From assembly GCA_963837955.1 (NCBI GenBank), contig CAWIPH010000002.1, forward strand, positions 1,536,001-1,600,000: 64,000 nt of DNA, in the 5' to 3' direction. Positions 1 to 9,809 of the stretch are shown here, in pieces. The notes under the pieces were generated by a model that ran no database searches, had not been told where the DNA came from, and saw nothing but the letters and a program-made list of their open reading frames with translations. Source of the DNA: an uncultured Verrucomicrobiae bacterium (GTDB lineage: Bacteria; Verrucomicrobiota; Verrucomicrobiia; Chthoniobacterales; JAFAMB01). The translations under genes were made by a program, and so were the position numbers. Every line of letters begins with the position of its first letter. Within the stretch, counting starts at the first letter, position 1.

Positions 1-2336
1 TTGGTCCAGGCATAAACAATAGCTAGATTCATCTCCATAGACGGGCCAGCCATCGCGTCCTTGGAGACCGGCAACAATTCCACGGCGCGTTTGGCTTCCG
101 AGATGGCTACTTCCTTGTTATTGAGCAGTGCATCCGTCACCGCCAACTGGCTGAGCAGATAGGCGTTCCCTGGTGACTTCTGGACCTTTTGGTTTAATTG
201 CTCTCGCGTCTCGGCAAAGCTGGCGTTTGCCCTAGGTTGTTCTCCTTGGAGCCGAGCGAGCAGAATGGAGTAACAGCTGACCGGAACATTTATCTGTCCG
301 TAAGCAAAGTAGCCTTCGTCGTCGCCGCCGTTCATCTTTTCGATGATTTCTTTTGCCTGCGGCCAATCACGATCAACGAAGGCGAAGGCCAGTCGCAAAG
401 TGAGTGCCCCCCTATCGTCGGCCATAGATGCTGGGAAAGCAGCGATCGTCGTCCGGAGCGCGGTATCATCTCCGCTCTTAAAAAAGGTCACAAATGGCTT
501 TTGCGCCTTGAGCATCGGCTGGTCGGGACGGAGCTCGATCAACCGGTCGAATTGCTGCTCTGCCGCACGAAACTGACGCGTGTTAGATAGAGTAACAGCT
601 AAGTCTTCAACGAAAGCCGAATTGTGCGGATCGCGTGTGATGGCTTCATTGAACTCCTGGATTGCTTTAGGAAATTGCCCTTGCCGGCGATCCATGAGCG
701 CTTCGAGCGCGATCGCCTCGGCATCGTTCGGTAGGCCGCGCCTGGCGATCGCTAGTTGTACCCGTGCCCGCTCATAATCACGGTAGACTCGGTAAAGGTG
801 ACCCGCGTAAGCAAGGTGAACCTCGGGCAGGTCTGGTTGTAAGCTCAGCGCGCTGTTTACTGCTGCATCTCCCAAGGCGCGTTGTTCCGGAGTCGGATAG
901 TATAAGTAATAAAGGAGGTCGTGTGCTTCTGCGGAGGCACAAAAGGCGAGGGCGAATTTTGGATCCAGCCGGACGGCTTGCTCTAGAAAACCGATCGCGT
1001 CGACCAGCGGTTTCTCGACATCTCCAAAGGTCATAGAAACTCTAACACTTATCAGTAACTCCTTGGCCCGGAGGTAGAGATCGTAGGCCTCAAGATTCTC
1101 GGTTGGTTTCTTTTCGATACTCCGCTTTTCTTCCGGGGAAAGCGTTGCAGCTAGTTTGGTGGCGATGGTCTGAGCTACTTCGCTCTGGATCGCGAAAATG
1201 TCGGTGAGATCGCGATCAAAACTGTCGGCCCAAGTGGTCTTATCCAGGCGAGCGTCGATGAGCTCGGTGCTGACCCGAACCCGGTTTCCGTTCCGGCGGA
1301 CGGTTCCCTCCAACACGTTGGCAACACCCAACGCATTAGCGATCTGGCGTAGATCGCGTTTCTCGTCGGCGCGATATTGCATGACCGACGTCCGGCTGAT
1401 AACTGTCAGTTGGGCAACCTTGGCCAAGTTGTTGAGAATCTCGTCCTGAACACCGTCAGCGAAATAAGTGTCGTCTTTATTCGCGCTGAGACTTTCGAAG
1501 GGGAGTACCGCAATGCTCTTAGCAGAAACGGTCGAGGGAGCCGCCGTTGCAGCAGATTTATCGTGCGCACCGGACCCGGTCCAAACGGTTAACACCAGGA
1601 TGATCCCTCCGATCAGGAAAAGCACGATCGCAGGCCAGACCACGAAATGAAATCTCCCCTGTTTCTGCCCTATCTGCGCTGTGCGCAGATCAAGACGGAA
1701 ACCGGTATACAAGGCGCCGGAGAATCCGGCTAAAAGCACTCCCAGAACTGCTTTCATTGTCCAGCTGGGCAGCTCCAGACTAGGTACCAGAATAGACGCT
1801 GCTTGAAGAACGATCCAGGCACTGACAATATAACCGCCAGCGATTCGGTAGATGCGTTTGGATCGCAGCTCTTGGTAGAAACTCGCTTTTTTTCCCGGTG
1901 CGATCTCCGCGGAGTTCGCCACCGAGTGTTCCTCCGCTGTTAAAAGCGTATTTACTTGCTTGGTTAATGCTTCGAGATGTCGTTCCAGGGGAGGCTGAAT
2001 GCCATCTAACCACTGAACGGTGTCCAGGAAGTAACTCAGACTCTGGTTTGGTGAAACATCCTTGATTCGGAAAGGGATAACTGCCAGCCCGGAGGAGAAA
2101 GCTTTGGCTACTTCCCGCTCAACATGATCGGAATTATTCGCATGCTCCGAGAAGACCAGGATGAGCACTCGGCAGGCCTCAAGACCTTGCATGATCCCTT
2201 TAGTCCAATTGGCTCCCGGTTCGATGTCACGGGGAGCGATCCAGCATTTGATCCCAGCGGACTCGAGATGGGCACAAATCGCGTCCGCGGTGGCCTGATC
2301 TTTACTCGAATGGCTGATGAAGACCTTCGACGGCAT
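1..2336 (-). CDS. TIR-domain membrane protein (TIR_2 - TM helices - TolB-N-like - TPR), 3'-truncated by window edge
   Basis: Not in the ORF track because it runs off the window. Manual translation from ATG 2336: MPSKVFISHSSKD...CWIAPRDIEPGANW...HVEREV (TIR), then hydrophobic helices, KSIAVLPFESLS...YFADGVQDEIL (TolB-N-like) and EAYDLYLRA...AVRLDPKFALA (TPR). The segments checked stay in one frame down to position 1. Confidence 0.88.
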   Translation of the reverse strand, partial: MPSKVFISHSSKDQATADAICAHLESAGIKCWIAPRDIEPGANWTKGIMQGLEACRVLILVFSEHANNSDHVEREVAKAFSSGLAVIPFRIKDVSPNQSLSYFLDTVQWLDGIQPPLERHLEALTKQVNTLLTAEEHSVANSAEIAPGKKASFYQELRSKRIYRIAGGYIVSAWIVLQAASILVPSLELPSWTMKAVLGVLLAGFSGALYTGFRLDLRTAQIGQKQGRFHFVVWPAIVLFLIGGIILVLTVWTGSGAHDKSAATAAPSTVSAKSIAVLPFESLSANKDDTYFADGVQDEILNNLAKVAQLTVISRTSVMQYRADEKRDLRQIANALGVANVLEGTVRRNGNRVRVSTELIDARLDKTTWADSFDRDLTDIFAIQSEVAQTIATKLAATLSPEEKRSIEKKPTENLEAYDLYLRAKELLISVRVSMTFGDVEKPLVDAIGFLEQAVRLDPKFALAFCASAEAHDLLYYLYYPTPEQRALGDAAVNSALSLQPDLPEVHLAYAGHLYRVYRDYERARVQLAIARRGLPNDAEAIALEALMDRRQGQFPKAIQEFNEAITRDPHNSAFVEDLAVTLSNTRQFRAAEQQFDRLIELRPDQPMLKAQKPFVTFFKSGDDTALRTTIAAFPASMADDRGALTLRLAFAFVDRDWPQAKEIIEKMNGGDDEGYFAYGQINVPVSCYSILLARLQGEQPRANASFAETREQLNQKVQKSPGNAYLLSQLAVTDALLNNKEVAISEAKRAVELLPVSKDAMAGPSMEMNLAIVYAWT

Positions 2337-2416
2337 ATAGCCTCAGCGGTCTCAGAGTCTTAATCGATTTGGTCTCCAATAGCTTGCACAAAATCGCTCG
2401 TGATCGGGGGCGTATC

Positions 2417-2533
2417 TCAGAAGGCAAGCCGAACTAGGAACCCCATTGCTGATATAAAGGCGGCGAGCAACGCGATATCGAGCATCGCCTCGATCAAACG
2501 GGTAGTCGGGTGCGTTTTCTTCCGGCGTTTCAT
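2417..2533 (-). CDS. possible small membrane peptide
   Basis: MKRRKKTHPTTRLIEAMLDIALLAAFISAMGFLVRLAF: basic N-terminus plus one hydrophobic helix, directly upstream of the TIR gene. Confidence 0.3.
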   Translation of the reverse strand: MKRRKKTHPTTRLIEAMLDIALLAAFISAMGFLVRLAF

Positions 2534-2656
2534 GGTGGCTCGTTGCGTGCCCCCAAGGTTGGCCGAGAGGGAATTGTTTGTCTGCAAGTGGGCCGAGTCT
2601 TTGGCCCTCATCCAATTACAAAGGATTTACAGCCCTGGAGTTTCAGACAGGCCCCA

Positions 2657-3203
2657 CCCAGTGTCGGTAGGGCGAAAATTTATTTGAGCCGGTTCACGGC
2701 TACCAACCAATTCTGCGCCGTACTGTGCAAAGAGCGTATTCCGAAATGCCGTACGCCACGAACCTGAGCGAGGACGATCAGGCTACCTCATTCTCGCCCT
2801 AGGCTCGAATGAATGACCAATGACCAATGACAGATGACAAAGTTAGCCTATTAGCTGCGTCGCAAACGGTCGCTGGCTATCGTCCTCGTGCTCGGAGGAG
2901 AGTAGACTGATGCTCCAGCCTCAGTAACCGAACCGCGATACCAACCAATTCTGCGCCGAACTGTCCAAAGAGCGTATTCCGAAATGCTTTACGCCACGAA
3001 CCTGAGCGTGGACGATCAGGCTACCTCATTCTCGCCCTAGGCTCGAATGAATGACCAATGACAAATGACAGATGACAAAGTTAGCCTAATAGCTGCGTCG
3101 CAAACGGTCGCTGGCTATCGTCCTCGTGCTCGTCGTCGTCCTCGATGGAGCGCTAGCCCGCCCAGCGTTGGTAGGGCGAAAATTTATTTGAGCCGGTTCA
3201 CGG
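2657..3203. repeat. mosaic REP array (BIME-like), family 1, module order A-B-C-D-B-C-A
   Basis: ~190-bp block repeated with 238-bp period (2701-2893, 2939-3131). Contains GTAG-footed hairpins GTAGGGCGAAAATTTATTTGAGCC, GTAGACTGATGCTCCAGCCTCAGT and, on the minus strand, GTAGCCTGATCGTCCACGCTCAGG. Same modules occur at 33.1-33.5 kb and 46.1-46.9 kb. Confidence 0.9.
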
Positions 3204-3260
3204 GTCGTTGCGATCCTGCTTTCTCGTCCGCTCCACGCCAGGTCGAACCGGCGCCATGCG

Positions 3261-4211
3261 CTATTTTTCCGTGGCCGCCCGTCGTCGTCGTCCACTTACC
3301 AAATAGATGGCGGCACGCAATTCGAGCAGCGGGTCATCCGAAGGATCGATTCCGTCGACGCGTGGGATCGGATCGAAGATGATATGTTTTTGCTCTTGGG
3401 CGTTATCTGAGACTGGCTCAGTTAAAATAATCGTACCGAACTCGACCAAAGTTCGATCCTCTGGCCAATGGATAGTCGCGTCGTCCACGGTATCTTCGTC
3501 GTTTGCCAGCTGAACTAATATGCGAAACTTGATCGGGCCTTTGGCAATTCTTTCGGCAAGTTCATCGAACAGATAGTCTGCGCTCCTGGCAGCGACGGCA
3601 GCATCGTCCAGATGGTAGTTGCCAGCTTCTGGGACGATCCGGTAGCGACCATAGCGGCTAACTCCGTTCTTGTTGGTGAAGCGCATAGCCGTCACTCCGA
3701 AGTACGATTCTCTGGCAAAGCTGGACGGAGCGGGCTTAGGTGTCTGCACATATTCGAGCGCCTTTGGATGGGTGCCGAGGTAGGCTTCAATCGGGGATGG
3801 TGATGGCTTTGACGGGTCGCTGGAGGCCAGTGCGCGCAAGAACTCCAGAAACTCCTGACCAGTTCTGACCGGGAATCCATCGGTCGAGTGGCTGACAATG
3901 TCGGTGTGAACGTGTTCGGCGAGCTGAAACCGAATTGCCAGTCCGCGCGGGTTCGCGTTAGGGTCGTTATCCGGCACCAACGGAATGCCCGTCGAGTTGG
4001 AGAATCGCATCGTTACCGGCGTAGACTCCCGATGTGCGTGAGGTGCCCGGGTGAGGGAAGCGGCATCGGGCGAAGGCGTGAACGTACCTGTCAGCAGAAT
4101 GCCTTTGGCATGGGCAGGCCGAAAGCCCGGGTGCAGTCCAAAGATAGTGTCGAACTGCTGAAGCAGATCCTGGCTTAGCGCGATAAGTTTATCGTCAGTT
4201 GGAAGTGGCAT
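3261..4211 (-). CDS. catalase-related heme peroxidase (small catalase-like family)
   Basis: HPGFRPAHAKG distal-His motif, RFS, PRGLAIRF, C-terminal R..IY ligand motif; 316 aa. Confidence 0.9.
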   Translation of the reverse strand: MPLPTDDKLIALSQDLLQQFDTIFGLHPGFRPAHAKGILLTGTFTPSPDAASLTRAPHAHRESTPVTMRFSNSTGIPLVPDNDPNANPRGLAIRFQLAEHVHTDIVSHSTDGFPVRTGQEFLEFLRALASSDPSKPSPSPIEAYLGTHPKALEYVQTPKPAPSSFARESYFGVTAMRFTNKNGVSRYGRYRIVPEAGNYHLDDAAVAARSADYLFDELAERIAKGPIKFRILVQLANDEDTVDDATIHWPEDRTLVEFGTIILTEPVSDNAQEQKHIIFDPIPRVDGIDPSDDPLLELRAAIYLVSGRRRRAATEK

Positions 4212-4444
4212 GGGGTGGTTTTGCTCCTCTGAAACTCTTTCACTCTCGTTTTACTCTATCCGTCTTTCCAAACACGTGGTCGACCATGTGGTTGGAACCG
4301 AGATAGGTTAGATCGCATTCCACAGGGCTGGTATCAATCTGAGATGCGCGCCCCATTTCAATTCTGTATATCGAGTGAAGCAATTCTCCTTGCCAGAATC
4401 GAGCTTCAGCTATCGACTCGTATTAGACAGTCTTGATTCTGCCT

Positions 4445-5191
4445 ATGATGCGTTTGAATTCTTATCAGGGAAAGCGACTGCTGGCCCTGGCACGTGGTGC
4501 TGATTATGCGCATGCGGGCGAAACGGAGGCGATCGATTTGGTCTGGAGTGGTTTGCCGAAGAGTTGCACCCAGAATGTACTCGATGCGGGATGTGGACGG
4601 GGAGGAACTGCGGCTTACGTGTACCGGGCAGGGTGGGGGCGAGTCACCGGCATTGACATCGAGGCGGAATCTATCGACAGAGCCAGGGAGGCCTATCCCG
4701 AAATTTCTTTCGAAATTTGCCCGGTTGAACAATCTGACCGCGTAGGAAGCGAGACGTTTGATATTGTTTGTTGTTTCAATTCGTTCTACGCATTCCCCGA
4801 TCACGCGGCGGCGCTATTCGCCTTCGCCCGGGCGGCGAAAGCCGGTGCATGGCTGGCAATCTTCGATTACACGGATCCAGGTTCCTTTGGCAATTCGCCG
4901 CTGGCAAAGCATCCGGAATTGCAACGCTGGAATCCGCTCAAACTATCCGGCGTAGGTACGCTTCTTGATGACGCCGGATGGTCGCTAGAGGTCATCCGGG
5001 ATGTGAGCACTGATTACGCGCGTTGGTACAAAAAACTCGCGACCCGTATTCACGATCTGCAACCCATGCTTGTTCAGGAATGTGGCCTTGAAACCTGGGA
5101 ATATGCCGCGAAGTTTTACGATACGATGTATGAAACGGTTCAGACTAGGGACATGGGCGGCGCAATTGTCTATGCAGTAAAGCGCCACTAA
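4445..5191 (+). CDS. class I SAM-dependent methyltransferase
   Basis: VLDAGCGRGG motif I, VTGIDIE, FDIVCC. Confidence 0.85.
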   Translation: MMRLNSYQGKRLLALARGADYAHAGETEAIDLVWSGLPKSCTQNVLDAGCGRGGTAAYVYRAGWGRVTGIDIEAESIDRAREAYPEISFEICPVEQSDRVGSETFDIVCCFNSFYAFPDHAAALFAFARAAKAGAWLAIFDYTDPGSFGNSPLAKHPELQRWNPLKLSGVGTLLDDAGWSLEVIRDVSTDYARWYKKLATRIHDLQPMLVQECGLETWEYAAKFYDTMYETVQTRDMGGAIVYAVKRH

Positions 5192-5376
5192 AGGTTCGCG
5201 GTATCGAGTACCGGCATCCCTAATGCGAGTTGGATTCGCGCTCTGCGAGAGATTCCTAAACCTCGTTATAGGGATGCACGACGATCAGCGGAAAGAATGA
5301 AGATGCGTCCCTTATGCCTCGCCTTTTTGGTACAATTGCCGGTGTAGGGCGGACACCTAAAAGAAAAGGGAAAGCC

Positions 5377-5706
5377 ATGAAAAAGATATTCCCAGGATTC
5401 AGGATTGTCGGCGCTATCTCGCTTCTAGCCCTGCCTGTGGGCTGTGCTAGTACCCAGGAAACAGAGAACCTGCTTTTGGAGGCAGGCTTTAGAACCGTCT
5501 CCGTTACCAACCCTCAGCAGCAGCAACTCCGACCCAATAAAGTGACGGTTACGGAGCAAAATGGGAAAACCTACTACGTCTATGCGGACCCAGCTCGCAA
5601 CCAGAACTACGTTGGTGACCAATCCCAGTATCAAAGATATCGGCAGCTCAAAAGACAACTTGAAGCCGCCCAACAAAGCTACGATCCGCCGGTCTACGGA
5701 CCGTAA
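5377..5706 (+). CDS. putative lipoprotein
   Basis: MKKIFPGFRIVGAISLLALPVGC signal peptide with lipobox-like Cys; purine-rich upstream region. Confidence 0.7.
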   Translation: MKKIFPGFRIVGAISLLALPVGCASTQETENLLLEAGFRTVSVTNPQQQQLRPNKVTVTEQNGKTYYVYADPARNQNYVGDQSQYQRYRQLKRQLEAAQQSYDPPVYGP

Positions 5707-5897
5707 ATTAAGCGGAAAACGTATTGCTTTGGCTATCTCTGGCGAGTTGGTACAGCACGACTTGTTCTGGATTCTTGTCTGTGTCGAATGTCTAGGCGTG
5801 ACCCTATTTCGGTCCTCTCATATCGGCTGTCCCGGCTTGTCCCGCCGTAGCCCGGAGGTAGCGCCATACGGAAGCGAACGGCAAGGCGAAGGAGGAA

Positions 5898-6302
5898 GGG
5901 ACCCAATGAAAGTAGCCCAGTACGAAGTGCTGGGAATAGTGCAAAGAGATGTCCGTCCCGTCAGGGACGAAAGAAGCGTTTCGACTCCTGGTCCTCTCGT
6001 ATGCGGCTTCATCAGCGTAAGGAGCCATCGATCGTCCCTTCCGGGACGGGTCGTTTTTTGAACGCCACCCCAGCACTTCGTATTGGGCTTGATCCGGCCT
6101 CCATCCTCCTGCATCGCCACCGTCACCTGCCGATCGTGCATATCCAGTCCCAACTTCAGGACCCGATTGCCGTGCTGCATTACACTTGCTTCGTTGCCGC
6201 CACTGCTCGATAGTTTCTGGTTTAGGTTATTCATAAGAGCCGACAGTTTAGCAGCGGGTGCTGTTAGCTGTCGGCTCATGTCATCTACTTTCATTGAGTC
6301 CC
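5898..6302. repeat. REPIN/MITE-like family 2, copy 1, right arm interrupted by IS110 remnant
   Basis: Arms GGGACCCAATGAAAGTAGCCCAGTACGAAGTGCTGGG and CCCAGCACTTCGTATTGGGCT|ACTTTCATTGAGTCCC, split by a 197-bp insert. Confidence 0.88.
6090..6286 (-). mobile_element. IS110-family remnant (element end plus first ~49 codons of transposase)
   Basis: Minus-strand ATG 6234 reads MNNLNQK...RVLKLGLDMHDRQVTVAMQEDGGRIK (GlDvH-type first RuvC Asp motif). Hairpin GAGCCGACAG...CTGTCGGCTC at 6237-6277. CT at both junctions (6088-6089, 6285-6286). Confidence 0.72.
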
Positions 6303-6345
6303 TTCGGGGCAGCTCCTCTTCGTGTCGCGACGATCGGTCTCGGCC

Positions 6346-6858
6346 TTATCCTTCCGGCTGAAACTTTGTGCCGTCCCATTCGACCCTGCGCAAAATCTTA
6401 CCGCTTTTCCCGTCGGTAACGACCACCGTTCGTCCCTTTTGTGGGAGGATAAATTTTCGACCGTTGCCGTCGCGGATTGGAAAGACTCCGCGGGAGACTT
6501 TGTGCATTCGGCCATCTTGGCCAAGCTCGAAGAAATCAAGAAACACCGAATCCGGCCCCTCGAGTTCGCCAGAACAAACCGCGAGGAGAGGACGACCGTC
6601 AGTGAAACGAAACAGGGCCACTTGAAATGCTGGCTGCGCGCCATCACCGGTGCAGCTGAGATACCCATTGGCTTTATCGACGACCCCGCCGCCGGACTCG
6701 CTCATGAACTTCAGCCACTCGGCAGGCGAGCCCTCGAACGTATCCGTCGGTAACAGGAGAAAATAATCGACGACCGAGGAGCGCTGCTGATCTGCGCCAT
6801 GCATTGCCTGGGACAGCAATATACCAAGGCAGACGAGATGCGGAGTGAAGCGACGCAT
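6346..6858 (-). CDS. hypothetical secreted protein
   Basis: 170-aa ORF with signal-peptide-like N-terminus. Confidence 0.7.
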   Translation of the reverse strand: MRRFTPHLVCLGILLSQAMHGADQQRSSVVDYFLLLPTDTFEGSPAEWLKFMSESGGGVVDKANGYLSCTGDGAQPAFQVALFRFTDGRPLLAVCSGELEGPDSVFLDFFELGQDGRMHKVSRGVFPIRDGNGRKFILPQKGRTVVVTDGKSGKILRRVEWDGTKFQPEG

Positions 6859-7062
6859 TTACCTAACTTACTCGAGAAGTAAATGATCACCAAATTCGGT
6901 CGTGTTCCAATTGCCCGGCATAGCCGCGACCAAATCGTCCCTGCAAAACTTAGCGATTTACACGGATAGTAACAGATGACCTGCCGTACTCCCTCGAGCA
7001 TAGCGTTCTCGGCGTTATTTCGGCGTTGTCGGCGTTCCCGTCAGGACGGATATAATCGTTCA

Positions 7063-7896
7063 TCACTCTGTGGGGCGGCAGACGCGCTTGGGCGGATCGC
7101 CAAGTTCAAACTGCCGGCGCAAGCCAGCCTCGAAAAAGGTTCGAGGTAACAGCGTGCGCAAGACTCGAAGCTGGCGGGCGCCTCGCCCGACGAGCACCTT
7201 GATGGCGGGCTCTCTTTTTGTTACCGCTTGCAGGACTGCATCTGCCACCATCGCAGGATCGTCACCATCCTCTACGCTAACTCGAAGTTTTTCGACGACA
7301 CGGTTCCGCTCGTCGGCGTATATGTCGTTCAGCAATGCGCCCATAGTCGAGTTTCGATCGATATCGGTGCGGATAAATCCTGGCTGAATCAGGATCGCAC
7401 GGATCCCAAACCGCCGTACTTCCAAGTCTAATGTTTCCGTCCAGCCGGCGAGCGCATGCTTGCTCGCAGAATAGGCGGCCTGGTACGGCATCGGGAGAAA
7501 ACCAGCAAGTGAGCCTATGTTAATAATCCGACCAGCCGCTTGCTGGCGCATCGTTGGGAGGACGGCTTGCGTCATCCTCATAACTCCGAAGAAATTAGTT
7601 TCGAAAAGATCTTTGATCTGAGTGAGGCTCAGTTCCTCGATTGCGCCGTAAATGTTAATCCCGGCGTTGTTTATCAAGAAATCGATTCTTCCGGCCTGCG
7701 CGAGGACAGCCTTCACACATTCTTCAACCGATTTCTCATCCTGAACATCAAGACGCAGTATCCTGCCTCCCGTCGCCACGGATGAAGGCTGCCGTGTCGT
7801 ACCAAAGACTTGATAGCCGCCTTCAACAAGTTTTTGGGTGATCGCCGTTCCAATCCCGCCCGACGCACCTGTAACTAAGACAACTTGCTCTTTCAT
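7063..7896 (-). CDS. short-chain dehydrogenase/reductase
   Basis: VLVTGASGGIG, NNAG, YSASK; start taken at MKEQ. Confidence 0.92.
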   Translation of the reverse strand: MKEQVVLVTGASGGIGTAITQKLVEGGYQVFGTTRQPSSVATGGRILRLDVQDEKSVEECVKAVLAQAGRIDFLINNAGINIYGAIEELSLTQIKDLFETNFFGVMRMTQAVLPTMRQQAAGRIINIGSLAGFLPMPYQAAYSASKHALAGWTETLDLEVRRFGIRAILIQPGFIRTDIDRNSTMGALLNDIYADERNRVVEKLRVSVEDGDDPAMVADAVLQAVTKREPAIKVLVGRGARQLRVLRTLLPRTFFEAGLRRQFELGDPPKRVCRPTE

Positions 7897-8143
7897 AAAT
7901 TGGTTAGACCGATATTTCTGCGATGAACTAAAGCCAAATGTTGCGACTGTCAACATGCTATTTGCGTGCGCCGCGTTGCAGCGCTACAAACGCCGGGAAC
8001 GCGAACGCGGAACGCCGGGAACGCCGGGAACTGCCGAGAAGCTGGCAACGCCGAGAACGCCGGGAGCCGTCCCGAGGGACGTAACGAAAGTAGCCCAGTA
8101 CGAAGTGCTGGGTTGGTGTTAAAAAAACGACCCGTCCCGGAGG

Positions 8144-9611
8144 GGCTTGTCGGACTTTTCAATTGGGTAGCAGATCTGGTAAAAAGGTGGATGCCAGAGC
8201 GATATGTAGTCATTGATCGGCAGACGCCGATGTTGTTGCCGGTCGATTTGCGAGATTGGGTGGCAAAGGATGATTTGGCGCGCTTGATAGCGGAGGCGGT
8301 CGATCAATGCGATCTACGGCTAGCTTGTACCAATGAGCGGGGTAGCGGTAGTGCGCAGTATCCGCCTGGAATGATGTTGGGCTTACTGATTTACGCTTAT
8401 GCGCGAGGAGTATTTTCTTCCCGGCGCATCGAACAACTCAGTTACGAAAGCCTTTCGGTGCGTTACTTGTGTGGCAACACCCATCCGGATCACGATACCA
8501 TCGCGAAGTTTCGGCGAGAGAACGGAGCGTTATTTCGAGAGTGTTTCCGTAGCGTGTTATTGTTGGCGCGGGAATTAGGATTGGTTCGAGTGGGCAAGCT
8601 AGCAGTGGATGGAACGCGACTGGAAGCCAACGCCAATCGCCATCGCTTCAGCACGCGGGAGCAATTAGAGCAAGAAAGGGCTCGAGTCGAAGAGCTCATT
8701 AGCGAGCTGATCCAACGAGGGGAAGCGGCTGATCAAGCTGAAGAGGGCGAAGCAGAGACTGAAGGCTTGCCAGCGGAGTTAGCCGATGGGCAAAAGCGCC
8801 GTAAGGCCATCAAAGAAGCTCTAGAGCGCATCAAGCAACGAGAAGCCCAGCAGCAAGCCGAAAAAGAGCAATTAGCCCAGAGCGGTCGTCAGAGCCAGGC
8901 CAAGGAGGTACGGATGAATTTGACCGATCCAGACTGTGGGATCTTACACCGTAAAGGGGCAGGTACAGTCATTGGCTATAACGCCCAAATTGGAGTCGAT
9001 ATCCAAGGTGCAGGCCTGATTGTGACTAATGCCGTCAGTGCCAAAGGGGGCGACGCGGAGTTATTGAACCAAGTCCTTGAGCAGCTCGCTCCCGAGTTAG
9101 GAGCAGTAAAGGAAGTGGTCGTCGATTGTGGCTATGAGAGCGGACCCAAAGCCTATGAGCTGGAAAAGAGCCTTGGCACCAAAGTCTATTATCCTCCCCG
9201 TCCGATCCAAGTCAGTGCTAGTGGACCAAAACATCGCAACAGCCATAGGCAACGCTTGGCGCGACACATGCGTTATTTAATCAAAAAACGCATCGAGTCC
9301 CCCCACGGACAGTGGTTGCAACGTCGGCGCCAAACGGTAGCTGAGGGTGCTTTTGGTTTTATCAAACGCGCGTTGGGCTTTCAGCGCTTCAGTCTACGCG
9401 GCTTGCAAAAAGTTCAGACCGAATGGCAACTAGTCTGCTTGGCCTTTAACCTGCGCAAACTGGCCTAAAGAAAACAAAAAGGCTCTGCACCTACCCGCAG
9501 CTCCCTTCGCGGAAAATTACGGCTTACCTCAAAGCTGATCGCAATCCTCCCCTTTACCGTCTCCCTTCCGCCAAAAAAAAGCGGAAAAAACATCACGAAG
9601 TCCGACGGCCC
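8144..9611 (+). mobile_element. IS1182-family insertion sequence
   Basis: Imperfect terminal inverted repeats GGCTTGTCGGACTT / AAGTCCGACGGCCC; direct repeat CCGGAGG at 8137-8143 and 9612-9618 (7-9 bp depending on end choice). Confidence 0.85.
8191..9468 (+). CDS. IS1182-family DDE transposase
   Basis: LLPVDLRDWV, YPPGMML.LLIYAY..G.FSSRRIE, PDHDTIAKFRR, AVDGT, GYNAQ, VDCGY, RRQTVAEGAFGFIK..LGF.RF.LRGL.KV..EW; start set at MPERY. Confidence 0.93.
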   Translation: MPERYVVIDRQTPMLLPVDLRDWVAKDDLARLIAEAVDQCDLRLACTNERGSGSAQYPPGMMLGLLIYAYARGVFSSRRIEQLSYESLSVRYLCGNTHPDHDTIAKFRRENGALFRECFRSVLLLARELGLVRVGKLAVDGTRLEANANRHRFSTREQLEQERARVEELISELIQRGEAADQAEEGEAETEGLPAELADGQKRRKAIKEALERIKQREAQQQAEKEQLAQSGRQSQAKEVRMNLTDPDCGILHRKGAGTVIGYNAQIGVDIQGAGLIVTNAVSAKGGDAELLNQVLEQLAPELGAVKEVVVDCGYESGPKAYELEKSLGTKVYYPPRPIQVSASGPKHRNSHRQRLARHMRYLIKKRIESPHGQWLQRRRQTVAEGAFGFIKRALGFQRFSLRGLQKVQTEWQLVCLAFNLRKLA

Positions 9612-9809
9612 CCGGAGGGACGATCGATGGCTCCCTACGCTGGTGAAGCCGCATACGAGAAGACCAGGAGCCAAAATCTTCTATCGTCCCTAGCGGGACG
9701 GACACCTCTTTTTGCATTATTTCCCAGCACTTCGTACTGGGCTTCTCTCATTACGTCCCTACGGGACGGCTCCCGGCGTTCCCGTGCGTTCCCGGCGTTC
9801 CCGGCGTTC

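Larger units (their letters stand above)
8061..9776. repeat. REPIN/MITE-like family 2, copy 2, split by IS1182 insertion
   Basis: Left part 8061-8143 and right part 9612-9776 rejoin to match the intact copy at 21871-22092. Confidence 0.88.

Noticed and set aside
198..2363. Several short plus-strand ORFs and the 1780..2013 ORF
   Set aside because: Shadows of the long minus-strand TIR/TPR gene.
7966..8190. 75-aa N-terminal extension of the transposase in the ORF track
   Set aside because: It translates the 9-mer array and REPIN arm, mostly outside the IS terminal repeat; ATG 8191 is the plausible start.
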